A stretch of 64,000 bases of DNA from an uncultured Gammaproteobacteria bacterium. GTDB lineage: Bacteria; Pseudomonadota; Gammaproteobacteria; Arenicellales; JAANXG01. Below, piece after piece: positions 27,155 through 37,292 of the stretch (positions within the stretch are counted from its first letter, which is position 1; the number at the start of each line of letters is the position of its first letter). The translations under genes were made by a program, and so were the position numbers. The stretch is from the NCBI GenBank assembly GCA_945787105.1, contig CALZGZ010000120.1, positions 3,159 through 67,158 of the forward strand, read 5' to 3'. The notes beneath the pieces were generated by a model. That model was not told the origin of the DNA. It ran no database searches and saw only the letters and a list, made by a program, of their open reading frames with translations.

Positions 27155-28377
27155 GCATCAAGCGGCTCACCTTGTTCGGCGGTGATCCGGAATTCAGCCG
27201 CACGCTCCATGTCGGTACGCCAAACATCGGCGACACCAAGCGATTTCTAACGCGGGTCGAAAACCTGCTGAACAGGCGCGTACTCACCAACCGCGGTCCA
27301 CTGGTCCGCGAACTGGAGAGTCGCATGACTGAGCTGCTGAGCGTCAAACACTGCGTAACCATGAGCAACGGTACCGCGGCATTGGAAATCGCCACACGGG
27401 CCCTCAATTTCAAGGGCAACGCAATCGTCCCCGCACTGACGTTTGTCGCCACCGCCCATGCGTTGGAATGGCAACGCGTGCGGCCGATATTCGCGGACAT
27501 CATGCCCACCACACACCATCTGGACCCCCGCTGGATCAGACGCTTGGCCACTTCACTGACCAGCGGTGTCATCCCGGTGAATCTGTGGGGGCGCACCGTG
27601 GACATCGACGCGGTCGTGGCAGAGGCTACTATGCGCGACCTGGCCGTCGTGTTTGACTCCTCTCACGCTTTCGGTTGCACCTACAAGGGAAAGCCAGTCG
27701 GTGGATTCGGCGATGCGGAGATTTTTAGCTTCCACGCCACCAAATTCGTCAACACCTTCGAGGGCGGCGCGGTCACAACTAACGACGACGCGTTGGCGGA
27801 ACGGATCAGGTTGATGCAGAACTTCGGTTTCGCGGATCGCGATGAAGTCATACACGTGGGCATCAATGGAAAAATGAATGAAGTCCAAGCCGCCATGGGT
27901 CTCACGTCGGTAGAGGCAATGAAAGGCTTTATCTCACACAATCACGAGAACTATTGTGCCTATCTCGAGGGCCTCAGATACCTGGACGGTATCAACCTCA
28001 TTGAATATGACGCAGCGGAACGAAACAATTACCAGTACATAGTGATTGAAGTCGATGACGTCGTGACCGGACTACACCGGGACCAACTCATGCAGGTGCT
28101 ACATACCGAGGGCGTGGACGCCAGGCGTTACTTCTACCCGGGGTGTCATCGTATGGAACCCTACCGCTCGCGGCCAAAACCCAATGGCCAGGATCTTAAG
28201 CTGACGGACGAGATGCTTGCTCGCGTTTTGACACTGCCCACCGGGACCGCGGTGACCACGGGTGATATACGTCGCGTCGTTGCGCTGATGCAACGCATAC
28301 ACGAACGGCGAAACGACATCTCCCGCAAACTCGCGAAAAACGACCGCACTACTAGATTGACGAACTCGAGAAGGTGA
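27151..28377 (+). CDS. DegT/DnrJ/EryC1/StrS-family PLP-dependent sugar aminotransferase
   Basis: I moved the start to GTG 27151, which forms a GTGA overlap and has GGAGG 7 nt upstream. SNGTAALEIA and FDSSHAFG...EIFSFHATKFVNTFEGGAV are present, the latter holding the PLP-lysine context. Confidence 0.9.
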   Translation: MSIKRLTLFGGDPEFSRTLHVGTPNIGDTKRFLTRVENLLNRRVLTNRGPLVRELESRMTELLSVKHCVTMSNGTAALEIATRALNFKGNAIVPALTFVATAHALEWQRVRPIFADIMPTTHHLDPRWIRRLATSLTSGVIPVNLWGRTVDIDAVVAEATMRDLAVVFDSSHAFGCTYKGKPVGGFGDAEIFSFHATKFVNTFEGGAVTTNDDALAERIRLMQNFGFADRDEVIHVGINGKMNEVQAAMGLTSVEAMKGFISHNHENYCAYLEGLRYLDGINLIEYDAAERNNYQYIVIEVDDVVTGLHRDQLMQVLHTEGVDARRYFYPGCHRMEPYRSRPKPNGQDLKLTDEMLARVLTLPTGTAVTTGDIRRVVALMQRIHERRNDISRKLAKNDRTTRLTNSRR

Positions 28378-31300
28378 ACGACATGGCAGGTCAAATACTC
28401 GTAACCGTGGTGATTTCGACCTACAACCACGAACATTTCATCGGCCGCTGCATTGAAAGTGTTCAACTGCAGAACGTTTCGCCAATGGAGATCATTATTC
28501 TGGATGACTACTCCTCGGACAACACCCCCGGCGTCATCGAAGATTTCCGATGTGACAAACGAATCACCTACGTAAGAAACCCGGAAAACATCGGACCACG
28601 CCTGAACAACACCCGCGCCCTCGAAGTAGGGAGCGGACGATATCATGTCTGGTTGCATGGGGACGACTACCTGCTCCCCGGCCACCTCGAGCGGATCATC
28701 GGTGGTCTCGAACAACGTCCCGAGTGTTCCCTGGGATACGCGCCGCCGGTGTTTGTCGATGCGGCCGGGGAGACCTTACAAACCCCGGACCATCCCGGCC
28801 GTTCCAAACAGGATTATGCCGGTGGCCGCAATGAACTGGCGTTACTGCTCATTCATGACAACTATATTGTCCCTTCGTCCGTGGTGTTCCGGCGGAGCGA
28901 GTTAAACCGGGTCGGCAACTTCCATCCATCCATACCTGGCGCCGACTGGGACCTGTACACGCGTGTCGCGATACAAAATCCCAATTTCTACTACACGAAC
29001 ACCCTCGGCGTCGGCTATCGTTTTCACCCGGGGCAAGTATCGGTGCAGTTCTACGCCAATACCGATCCGCTCAAGGCACATCTCCATGTGGTAGAACAGG
29101 CCATGTATTCCAAAGCCGCCGGCCGGTTGCAGGGTCGCGAACTGGAGATCCTGGACTATCTCAACCGGCGCATCCAATCCTTTGGCGCGGCGGCCTGGAC
29201 ACAAGACCAAGACATACGCCGCGTCCGGGGAATGCTTGCGCGGCACTCATCAGTGCGAACGCCGGCGGCTGTTGGCCGAACGCCAACGATCAGTATCGTT
29301 ATTCCCTGCTACCGGCAGGCGCAGTACCTGACCGACGCGTTGGACAGCGTACTGGCTCAGGGCTTTGAAGACTGGGAGTGCCTGGTTGTCGATGATGGGA
29401 GTCCGGACGACACGGCGCAGGTAGTGACCAGATTCATTAAAGACCACGGCGAATCCAGAATCCGCTTGATCACCAAATCTAACGGCGGGCTCGCCAGCGC
29501 CCGTAACGCCGGCGCCGCGGAATCCCGCGGCCGCTACATCCTGCCGCTGGATGCTGACGACAAACTGCATCCGGACTACCTTACAGAAACGGTAGCCGTT
29601 CTTGATCGCGACCCTGAGACCGATATCGTTTATGTGGACGAACAGAATTTTGGTTTGGCCGGCCACGTGCATGTCAAAACCCAGGTATCCCTGGAAGCGC
29701 TCAAACAGCACAACGTCCACGACTATTGCAGCCTGTACCGCCGCAAAGTCTGGGAGCAAATCGGCGGATATTCGCCGGCCATGTATCTGGGCGGCGAAGA
29801 CTGGCAATTCTGGCTCGCGGCGTCGGCTCACGGTTTCCGGTCGCACCATCTGCGCAAGCCGCTGTTTTTGTACCGAAACCGCGAGCACACCATGGTCAGC
29901 GAGACCCAGGCACATCTCGGTCTCGTACGTGCACAGCTTGTCCTGCATCATCCAGGGATAGTTGGATCCGGTGAGATTCGCGCTGCAGAAGACACTGTGA
30001 AACGGACCCCGGCCCCACTTCGGGAAAAACTCCGGCAGGCGCTGCTTAAGCATACGGACAATCCTTTGTTGTGCCGGTTCAGCCAGCTGGCCGATGCGGG
30101 CGCACGAGACGCCCCGCTGGAACTGCCGTCACTCATTGATCCGCCGCTGGTTTCGGTCATCGTGACGACCATGGACCGTCCGGAGTTTTTAAAGGACGCG
30201 GTAGACTCGTTGGTGAGGCAAACCTACGAGAATTGGGAGGCGATCATCGTCAACGACGGTGGGGATGATATTGGCGATTGGATTACCACCGCCGATCCAA
30301 CCGGCCGGATTCATTACATTCGACATCCGCAAAATTGTGGGCTGTCGGCGGCACGGAACACCGGCATTTCGCTGTCCTCGGGAGAGATTCTGTGCTACCT
30401 GGACGACGATGACCGTTTGTTTCCGGACCACCTTGAAACCATTGTCGACGCCATGCAGACGAACAATACCAGTCTGGTCTATACCGAGGCCGAGTACGTG
30501 CGGGAACTCATCGAAGACGGCCAGCGCAGAGACCTGTCGCGCACGTCGCCGTATTCGCATATCGATTATTCCTTGGAACGGTTGCATATCGGTAACTTCA
30601 TCCCGGTAAACACCTGGGCCCACCGGCGGGAGCTGATCGCTTACGCCGGGGACTTCGACGTGACGCTCCATGCCCTCGAGGACTGGGACCTGTTGCTGCG
30701 GCTCGCGCGCATTACCACACCTGAGCACATCCCGAGGATCACGGCAGAGGTGCGGCTCCGTCCGGGAACGGTGAACGATAACATGAGCCAAAGAGCGCGC
30801 GGCGACTTACCCGCCCTGCATCGCAAGATCTATGCCCGCTACGCAATGCCGGGAAACCACAATGTGGACCGGCAACGAGAACGAATGCTAAAGCAACTCG
30901 AGACGGATCCGGCACCAACCAAACCCGCTGCAGCCACGCAACACCGCTATGACCAATGGCGGCAACGCCACACGCTAACTGAGAGCCAGGCACAGTACAT
31001 GGCGGAGCGAATGATGCTGACGTGGCAGGTACGGCCAAGCATTCAACTTATCGTCACCCACCAGGCGGGACAGGAGGACGCACTGGCCGACACCCTCGAC
31101 AGCCTGGGCCAGCAGTTGTACAAAGGGTGGGGCCTCAGCGTTGTGTCTCCGTGTCCCTGCCCCGACGACAGCTTCAATCGATTACCCAACCTGGAGTGGG
31201 TGGAGGCGCAAGGCGACCGCATCGCCGGTATAAACGGTGTCGTCGGCGATTCTCAGGCTGACTGGATCGTTCAACTCGACGCAGGCACGCGTTTTTCCCC

Positions 31301-33710
31301 GGACGCACTGTTTCGATGGGTCGATTACATCAATCTGCATCCGCATTGGCAGTTGTTCTACTGTGATGAGGACCGCGTTTCGGCCGATGGGATACACCAT
31401 GACCCGCTGTTCAAACCGGACTTTAACTTGGATCTATTGCGATCGACATCCTATATGGGAGATGTGGTACCAGTGCGACGCGAGTTGCTGGCCCGGCTCG
31501 ACGGCTACGGCAGGAGAACGGGTGCTGGTGTCTACGACATGGCGCTGCGCGTGCTCGATGCCGAGGGCGAGTCGATCATCGGTCACATTCCGGAGGTGTT
31601 GATTCACTGCAGAGACCGCCCGGACCCGCAACGCGACGAACAGACCGTCGCCGAGAATCGGCGTCTCACCGTTGAAGACCATTTGCAGCGCAACCACATC
31701 CGGGCAACCGTTGGCCACAATCTGGTCCCCGGTACGTTCTTCGTCGACTATGCCTTAAGCGAGTCGCCGATGGTGTCGATCATCATCCCCTACGGGGACC
31801 AAATCGACCCATCGCGGTTGTGTCTATCGAGCGTACTCGAAAAGACCGACTATCCCCACTACGAGGTCATCGTGGTCGACGATCGTGGTTCGGATTCGGT
31901 CGCCACAAGCGAAATTGGAATGATCAACCAAAGCGCGCGAAACGTACGCGTGGTGCGGAATCCCGAGCCGGGAGGGATCCCGGCGATGCTCAATTTTGCC
32001 GCGCGCGAGGCGCAGGGAGTGTTCCTATTGCTGTTGGATCCCGGAACCCAAGCCATACATGCCGAATGGTTGGCTCGCATGGTGGCGGTCGCACTACGGC
32101 CCGAAGTCGGCGCGGTGGGCGCCAGACTGGTCGATCTCAATGGCCGTATCAAACAGGCGGGACTCGTACTCGGCATGCAGGACGGCGTGGGCCGCCCGTT
32201 CGCCGGAGCCGACATGCAGGCCGCCGGATACCTGGGACGCCACCAGGTGACGCAGAATTACTCCGCGCTTGAAGCGGGGTGCATGCTTGTCAAGCGTGAT
32301 CAGTTCTTACAGCTCGGCGGCTTGAACGCGCAAGAATTCAAGCAATCGTATTTTGACGCCGATTTCTGCCTACGATTGCAGGACGTGGGATGCAAGTTGG
32401 TGTGGACGCCGTTTGCAACCTTGCTGCACCACGGGACCACGGCGGTGCAGGGACAACCGAGCCCTGCGCACAGCAATACCCTTGCTGCGGAACTCACCGC
32501 CTTCCAGCAGCGTTGGCTAACCAGGCTCGCCAGCGATCCGGCGCACAACCCCAATCTGTCACTGGTGGAACAGACTATGCAAATCGAGGTCGAGCTCGCC
32601 GTTCCGTGGCTCGACAGACATCATCCCCGCCCACGGATCTGGGCCTTCCCGCTCAACGACCAGGGTGTCGGACAGTACCGGGTGCGTCAACCGCTTGACG
32701 CTTTGGATCGTGCGGCGCTCGCCGAGCATGCGTTGTTGCCACCCCACGAAAGGGTCGAAAGGGCACGCGTGCCAACGGTGTGCGAACTCGCCCGGGCCGA
32801 TGCCGATACGTTACTGATTCAACACGGATTCAGTGATCTGTTTCTGCGCTGGCTGCCAAAATATCGTGCACTGGATATCGCGTTTCTGGTATTCGGGTTG
32901 GACGATAACCTGCTCGAGATCCCCGAAACAAACGACCGGCGCGATAAACTACCGGCGGATCTCGAGCGGCGCATTCGGGAGGCCTTGTCCCATTGTCACC
33001 GGCTCATCGTGCCGACAGAACCTCTGGTAGAGGTTTACCGGAGATTCATCGACGACGTTCGCGTCGTTCCCAACCAACTTGAACAATGGCGGTGGCAACA
33101 CCTGCGGCCAGACCGTCGGCCAATGAAGGGCAGCGGCGGAAAGCCGCGCGTGGGCTGGGTCGGCGCCCAGCAGCACCGCGGTGATCTGGCTTTGCTGGCG
33201 CCGGTAATGAAGGCCCTGCACGAGGACGTCGATTGGGTCATGATGGGGATGTGTCCCGCGGCGCTTCGGCGCTACGTGCGCGAATTTCACCAACCTGTGC
33301 CCTATAGCCGTTATCCGGAAAAGCTGTCCTCGTTGAACCTGGATCTGGCCGTGGCGCCCCTGGAAATCAATGTGTTCAACGAATGCAAAAGCGATCTGCG
33401 CATCCTCGAGTACGGGGCGCTCGGCTGGCCGGTCGTTGCCACGGACATACATCCGTACCGTGGTAAACCGGTCACCCGCCTGTCGAATAGCGCAACCTTG
33501 TGGATCGACACGATCCGCGAGCGGATCAATGATCTAGAGGCGCTGGCCGCCGAGGGCAGAGCGCTGCGCGAGTGGGTTCACCAACATCGCTTCCTGGAAC
33601 ATCAGCTCATGCCGTGGTTCGAGGCAATGTTATCTGATGCGGTGCTCGGGCGCTTTCCGATGACTTATGGGAACGAGCAGAATGGTATTCCTTCCGCCGT
33701 GGCAAGATGA
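28374..33710 (+). CDS. giant multi-module glycosyltransferase (five GT2/GT-A-type modules + one GT-B-like C-terminal module)
   Basis: 1778 aa. The GTG start overlaps the aminotransferase stop (GTGA). Repeated GT2 signatures: VVISTYN..ILDDYSSDNT..HGDD; SIVIPCY..VVDDGSPDDT..LDADD; SVIVTTM..IVNDGGDD..LDDDD; LDAG..YCDED..FKPDFNLDLL; SIIIPYG..VVDDRGSD. The C-terminal CKSDLRILEYGALGWPVVATD is GT1/GT4-like. Confidence 0.9.
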   Translation: MNDMAGQILVTVVISTYNHEHFIGRCIESVQLQNVSPMEIIILDDYSSDNTPGVIEDFRCDKRITYVRNPENIGPRLNNTRALEVGSGRYHVWLHGDDYLLPGHLERIIGGLEQRPECSLGYAPPVFVDAAGETLQTPDHPGRSKQDYAGGRNELALLLIHDNYIVPSSVVFRRSELNRVGNFHPSIPGADWDLYTRVAIQNPNFYYTNTLGVGYRFHPGQVSVQFYANTDPLKAHLHVVEQAMYSKAAGRLQGRELEILDYLNRRIQSFGAAAWTQDQDIRRVRGMLARHSSVRTPAAVGRTPTISIVIPCYRQAQYLTDALDSVLAQGFEDWECLVVDDGSPDDTAQVVTRFIKDHGESRIRLITKSNGGLASARNAGAAESRGRYILPLDADDKLHPDYLTETVAVLDRDPETDIVYVDEQNFGLAGHVHVKTQVSLEALKQHNVHDYCSLYRRKVWEQIGGYSPAMYLGGEDWQFWLAASAHGFRSHHLRKPLFLYRNREHTMVSETQAHLGLVRAQLVLHHPGIVGSGEIRAAEDTVKRTPAPLREKLRQALLKHTDNPLLCRFSQLADAGARDAPLELPSLIDPPLVSVIVTTMDRPEFLKDAVDSLVRQTYENWEAIIVNDGGDDIGDWITTADPTGRIHYIRHPQNCGLSAARNTGISLSSGEILCYLDDDDRLFPDHLETIVDAMQTNNTSLVYTEAEYVRELIEDGQRRDLSRTSPYSHIDYSLERLHIGNFIPVNTWAHRRELIAYAGDFDVTLHALEDWDLLLRLARITTPEHIPRITAEVRLRPGTVNDNMSQRARGDLPALHRKIYARYAMPGNHNVDRQRERMLKQLETDPAPTKPAAATQHRYDQWRQRHTLTESQAQYMAERMMLTWQVRPSIQLIVTHQAGQEDALADTLDSLGQQLYKGWGLSVVSPCPCPDDSFNRLPNLEWVEAQGDRIAGINGVVGDSQADWIVQLDAGTRFSPDALFRWVDYINLHPHWQLFYCDEDRVSADGIHHDPLFKPDFNLDLLRSTSYMGDVVPVRRELLARLDGYGRRTGAGVYDMALRVLDAEGESIIGHIPEVLIHCRDRPDPQRDEQTVAENRRLTVEDHLQRNHIRATVGHNLVPGTFFVDYALSESPMVSIIIPYGDQIDPSRLCLSSVLEKTDYPHYEVIVVDDRGSDSVATSEIGMINQSARNVRVVRNPEPGGIPAMLNFAAREAQGVFLLLLDPGTQAIHAEWLARMVAVALRPEVGAVGARLVDLNGRIKQAGLVLGMQDGVGRPFAGADMQAAGYLGRHQVTQNYSALEAGCMLVKRDQFLQLGGLNAQEFKQSYFDADFCLRLQDVGCKLVWTPFATLLHHGTTAVQGQPSPAHSNTLAAELTAFQQRWLTRLASDPAHNPNLSLVEQTMQIEVELAVPWLDRHHPRPRIWAFPLNDQGVGQYRVRQPLDALDRAALAEHALLPPHERVERARVPTVCELARADADTLLIQHGFSDLFLRWLPKYRALDIAFLVFGLDDNLLEIPETNDRRDKLPADLERRIREALSHCHRLIVPTEPLVEVYRRFIDDVRVVPNQLEQWRWQHLRPDRRPMKGSGGKPRVGWVGAQQHRGDLALLAPVMKALHEDVDWVMMGMCPAALRRYVREFHQPVPYSRYPEKLSSLNLDLAVAPLEINVFNECKSDLRILEYGALGWPVVATDIHPYRGKPVTRLSNSATLWIDTIRERINDLEALAAEGRALREWVHQHRFLEHQLMPWFEAMLSDAVLGRFPMTYGNEQNGIPSAVAR

Positions 33711-33719
33711 AATGAAAAC

Positions 33720-33745
33720 GGGGTTGCAGTGATGACTCCGACCCC
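33720..33745 (+). terminator. candidate terminator hairpin after the glycosyltransferase operon
   Basis: GGGGTTGCAGT-gatg-ACTCCGACCCC forms an 11-bp stem with 2 mismatches, 10 nt after the stop. It is followed by ATATTCTCC, which is only a weak U-tract. Confidence 0.4.
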
Positions 33746-33846
33746 ATATTCTCCTATGGATCTCGCTCCAGGCGCGGCCTCAGCTGCACGCGTCCTGCGC
33801 CAGCATCCGGGAGCCTGGTGAGCAATGCGGGCGGACCGGTCGTTGC

Positions 33847-36324
33847 TTATCTCCCGCGCGCCGCGGCTGTTTGCGGGGACAGTGTGACAAGCTTTTTCTG
33901 ATAGTCAGACCTTGAACGGCTGGTGTTTTTCTCGTAGCTGAACCGTCCGACCATTTGTTGGAGATTGACGGCCGTCTTGGACAGTTCGACGGCCGCCTGC
34001 TGCGCCTGTGTCGCGCCGCTCAGGGTATCTTGTGCAACCTGGCTCACGCTGGTGATGCTGTGGGCGATCTCGGCACTGCCGGTCGCGGCCCCGGCCAATA
34101 CACGCATGATTTCATCGGTTGTTGTCGCCTGCTGCTCCACACCGCTGGCGATACCTTCCTGTATTTCATGGATCTTGCCAATAATTTCGCCGATCTTCTC
34201 TATTGCCTCGACCGCGCTTCGGGTATCCACCTGAATGGCCTCGATCTTTCTGCTGATGTCATCCGTGGCCTGACCGGTTTCCTTGGCCAGGTCCTTCACT
34301 TCGTTGGCCACCACCGCGAACCCCTTTCCGGCCTCGCCGGCGCGGGCGGCCTCGATGGTTGCGTTCAACGCCAGCAGATTGGTCTGTTCGGCGATGGTCG
34401 TGATCATCTTGATGACGTTGCCGATCTCGTTGCTGCTCTCACCCAGCTTCGCCACCGTGGCGTTGGCGGTTCTTGCGATCTCGACCCCCTGGGTCGCGAC
34501 ACTGGAAGCTGCGTCGGCGCTATCAGCCACAACTCGGATGCTGGCATTCATCTGTTCCGCCGCCGCGGCCACGGTCTCCACGCTGTTGCTCACCTCTCCG
34601 GCAGCCGCCGACACCGCACTCGCCCGATCGGAGGTCGTCTCCGCGTTGTCACTGATCTGCTGTCCGATCGAGGTCAACTGTTCCGATGATGCGGTAAGTC
34701 CCTGGGCATTCAGCGCGATGGTGCCGATGTTGTGTCGTAGTTCCGTTAGAAATCCTTGCAAACCATCTCCCATCTGACCAATTGCGTCCGAACCCAGCAC
34801 CTTTACTTCTTTGGTCAGATCGCCCTTTGCCGCGGCACTGACCACGGAAAGCAATTGATCCACCTTGCTGCGCAGCTTGGCGTTGTTCTGCTCCAGAGCC
34901 ATGGATTGCGTTACCGCCCGCAGACTTACGCCTATATGCACCGCAGCGTGTTTGAGAAAACGTTTTTCCGCCTCACTCGGATCAGCCGCAAACATAAGCA
35001 TCAGTGTGACGGTTTGATTGTCGTCCGGATTCAGCACACTGGTATAGATCTTCTGACCCGAGGCGTGTCCCCGAATTTCCGTCCACTGACCATCACCGTG
35101 GCTCGATACCTCATTCGAAGTACCAACTTCGCCGACCAGCGCGTCGTCACCGTCGCCGTACACCGCCAGTACTGAAGTTTCGTCACCCACCCGGCGTCGC
35201 ACCCAGGCCCCGACCAGGTCGAGCCGTTCATACAAGAACCCGACAGCCTGGTCGAGGAGTTCCTCAATCTGCGCTTCTTCCTGTATCGCTTCCGCTATGA
35301 GACGCAGACTCTCGTTCGTCCAGTTTTCCTGCTCAGCCTGCGCCTGCGCCTTCCGGGCTATCTCGGTCTGCGCCTTTCCCTCACTAACGAGCTTGGCCAG
35401 GTTTCTTCCCATCCGTCCCACCGCCTCCGCGACACCACCGATTTTATCCTTGGAGGTCACCTCGATATGTGCGTCAAGGTCCCCGTCGGCAATGCGTTTT
35501 GCGTATGCCACCACGCGACCCAGACGCCGGTCCAGTAACCGGTATAGCAACAGCATAGCGGCTACGACCACGAGGAGATTAACACCGAGACTCCAACCCG
35601 CACCGTGCTCGACATTACGGAGTATGGCGTGTTGCGCCGCCACGTTGTGGCGCGCTTTGGAAGTGTTTGCCGACGCGAGGTGGGTCCAGCGTTTACTTTC
35701 GGCCTCCAATTGCGTCGCGGCCTGCCTGATGGTCGACTGCAACTGTTGCTGCATATCCTCGGCGTCGTAAAGTAAATCGAACCGTTCATTGTGATCCTCA
35801 GTCGCCAGCAGCTCGTCGGTCATCATCACCATCACCCTGGTATATTCCTTGAGGTCCGCCAGCAACTTCTCTGACATTAGGCTATCGTCGACCAAATCAA
35901 GCGCCTGCAACGTCTGCTGGATCTTGCCTGAGGCAGTGGCCAAAGCCTCGGGGTCACGGTCGGTGTCGATCACCAACATCTCAAATTCAAAGCCATGGAA
36001 TTGCACTGCGTGCTTGAGGTGGTTCAATGACCGCATCATCGGCAGCAAAGCCTGACCCAGCTTACCTACGTTGCGATCGGTCTTCTCGATCAATTCGAGG
36101 TTTTCCCTGGCGTGTTTAGAGGCTTCATCGAGTTTGGTGGCAACATACAGACCACCCACCACGGCGATTAACACCATCACAAACAGGGCAGCACCGATTG
36201 ACCAGGTGACGGCGACTCCCCTTTTGGTTCCGTGAGCCGGCGCGCCGGCATTGATTGGGGCTTTTGCAGGCGCGGTCTCGATGACTTCCTTTGTTTCCGC
36301 TTCGGCTGTGTTTCGATCAGTCAC
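33847..36324 (-). CDS. methyl-accepting chemotaxis protein (periplasmic helical domain, HAMP, cytoplasmic GAF-like insert, MCP signalling domain)
   Basis: 825 aa. Two TM segments flank a helical region of ~200 aa. HAMP (IADGDLDAHIEVTSKDKIGGVAEAVGRM). Hairpin-tip block [35 protein letters not shown]. Confidence 0.9.
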   Translation of the reverse strand: MTDRNTAEAETKEVIETAPAKAPINAGAPAHGTKRGVAVTWSIGAALFVMVLIAVVGGLYVATKLDEASKHARENLELIEKTDRNVGKLGQALLPMMRSLNHLKHAVQFHGFEFEMLVIDTDRDPEALATASGKIQQTLQALDLVDDSLMSEKLLADLKEYTRVMVMMTDELLATEDHNERFDLLYDAEDMQQQLQSTIRQAATQLEAESKRWTHLASANTSKARHNVAAQHAILRNVEHGAGWSLGVNLLVVVAAMLLLYRLLDRRLGRVVAYAKRIADGDLDAHIEVTSKDKIGGVAEAVGRMGRNLAKLVSEGKAQTEIARKAQAQAEQENWTNESLRLIAEAIQEEAQIEELLDQAVGFLYERLDLVGAWVRRRVGDETSVLAVYGDGDDALVGEVGTSNEVSSHGDGQWTEIRGHASGQKIYTSVLNPDDNQTVTLMLMFAADPSEAEKRFLKHAAVHIGVSLRAVTQSMALEQNNAKLRSKVDQLLSVVSAAAKGDLTKEVKVLGSDAIGQMGDGLQGFLTELRHNIGTIALNAQGLTASSEQLTSIGQQISDNAETTSDRASAVSAAAGEVSNSVETVAAAAEQMNASIRVVADSADAASSVATQGVEIARTANATVAKLGESSNEIGNVIKMITTIAEQTNLLALNATIEAARAGEAGKGFAVVANEVKDLAKETGQATDDISRKIEAIQVDTRSAVEAIEKIGEIIGKIHEIQEGIASGVEQQATTTDEIMRVLAGAATGSAEIAHSITSVSQVAQDTLSGATQAQQAAVELSKTAVNLQQMVGRFSYEKNTSRSRSDYQKKLVTLSPQTAAARGR

Positions 36325-36338
36325 GGGGAGATCCGCTG

Positions 36339-37202
36339 TTAGAATTGGAATACCAGGTTGTCTGAGACCGTGTGGTCATCGTCGGCCGAGTGGTCGTAAA
36401 TGGCGATGCCGCCGACCAGCGTGCCACTGGTTGGAAATACGACGTCGTCCGGGTGACCGGTGTCGCGCTTGCGGCGGATCTCCAAACACCATTTGCCGTT
36501 TTGCCACTTCCCTTTGACCTTGACGTCGGCTACCGAACCCTGCGGGTCATTGGCAAGCAAATACTTGGGCATCACGTCTTTCTCGAACTTGGCGTAACGC
36601 TTGGTCGTGTACAACTTGTCCCCGGCGTCGCTGGGACGCGATATATAGACCTTTGCGCCGTTGGCACCGGGAAAATCCCGCGACTTCGTCAGCTTCTTGG
36701 TGCTGATGAACGTCTGTTTATCGTGAATCAGGCCCAGGGGATTGGAGCGCACAGACTTCCAATGCCACATGTCGGCCTTGTACTCCTTGCCCGACAGCCA
36801 GTCGGTCGAATACTCCCCGTCCATCACGAACTGCATTGCGAAACGGTCCTCGCGCTGGGGCCCCGCGACGTATTTGCCTGTTTCCTTGTCCCACACCCAC
36901 GGTTTGTGGACCTTGTCTTCGCTGGAGTCCTCCCACTCAACCAAGAAATAGACATAGTCGCGGTGTAAGCCGCCCTTTACATCGACGCTGTTCACCGCGG
37001 TGGTTACGCCGGACCTGCTCGGCTTAAGCGCGACGCGGGTGACCGGCACATCCGCCCACTCCTTGCCGTCTCCGTCCAGCGCCGGTTCGGACGTCAGCGC
37101 ATGCATGGTGACGGTTGTGGCCACCGCATCCGCCGCCGGCGCCAAAGTGGACGAAAATCCCAAAATCAAACAAATGGTAAAGCTGCTTCGCATCGTAGAC
37201 AT
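36339..37202 (-). CDS. secreted EB_dh/DOMON-like (ethylbenzene-dehydrogenase gamma-like, putative haem- or ligand-binding) protein
   Basis: 287 aa. Signal peptide MSTMRSSFTICLILGFSSTLAPAADA. The blocks LDGDGKEWADVP, EDRFAMQF and ADMWHWKSVRSNPLG resemble my memory of the EB_dh family. Ends 14 nt before the MCP start. Confidence 0.6.
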   Translation of the reverse strand: MSTMRSSFTICLILGFSSTLAPAADAVATTVTMHALTSEPALDGDGKEWADVPVTRVALKPSRSGVTTAVNSVDVKGGLHRDYVYFLVEWEDSSEDKVHKPWVWDKETGKYVAGPQREDRFAMQFVMDGEYSTDWLSGKEYKADMWHWKSVRSNPLGLIHDKQTFISTKKLTKSRDFPGANGAKVYISRPSDAGDKLYTTKRYAKFEKDVMPKYLLANDPQGSVADVKVKGKWQNGKWCLEIRRKRDTGHPDDVVFPTSGTLVGGIAIYDHSADDDHTVSDNLVFQF

Positions 37203-37292
37203 CGGTTGGGTACCTCCTTACCTGGAAATTGCATAATCGACCCAGCCCGGGCATCCCCAACGCCGGGTCGTACGACGTGATATTTAGTAGGG

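Noticed and set aside
34283-34777. Ala/Ser/Thr-rich antisense ORFs over all three MCP signalling domains (34283-34777, 41858-42553, 47955-48392, 48414-48677)
   Set aside because: They are mirror images of the Ala-rich coiled-coil coding sequence. They recur in every MCP paralog precisely because the sense strand is conserved.
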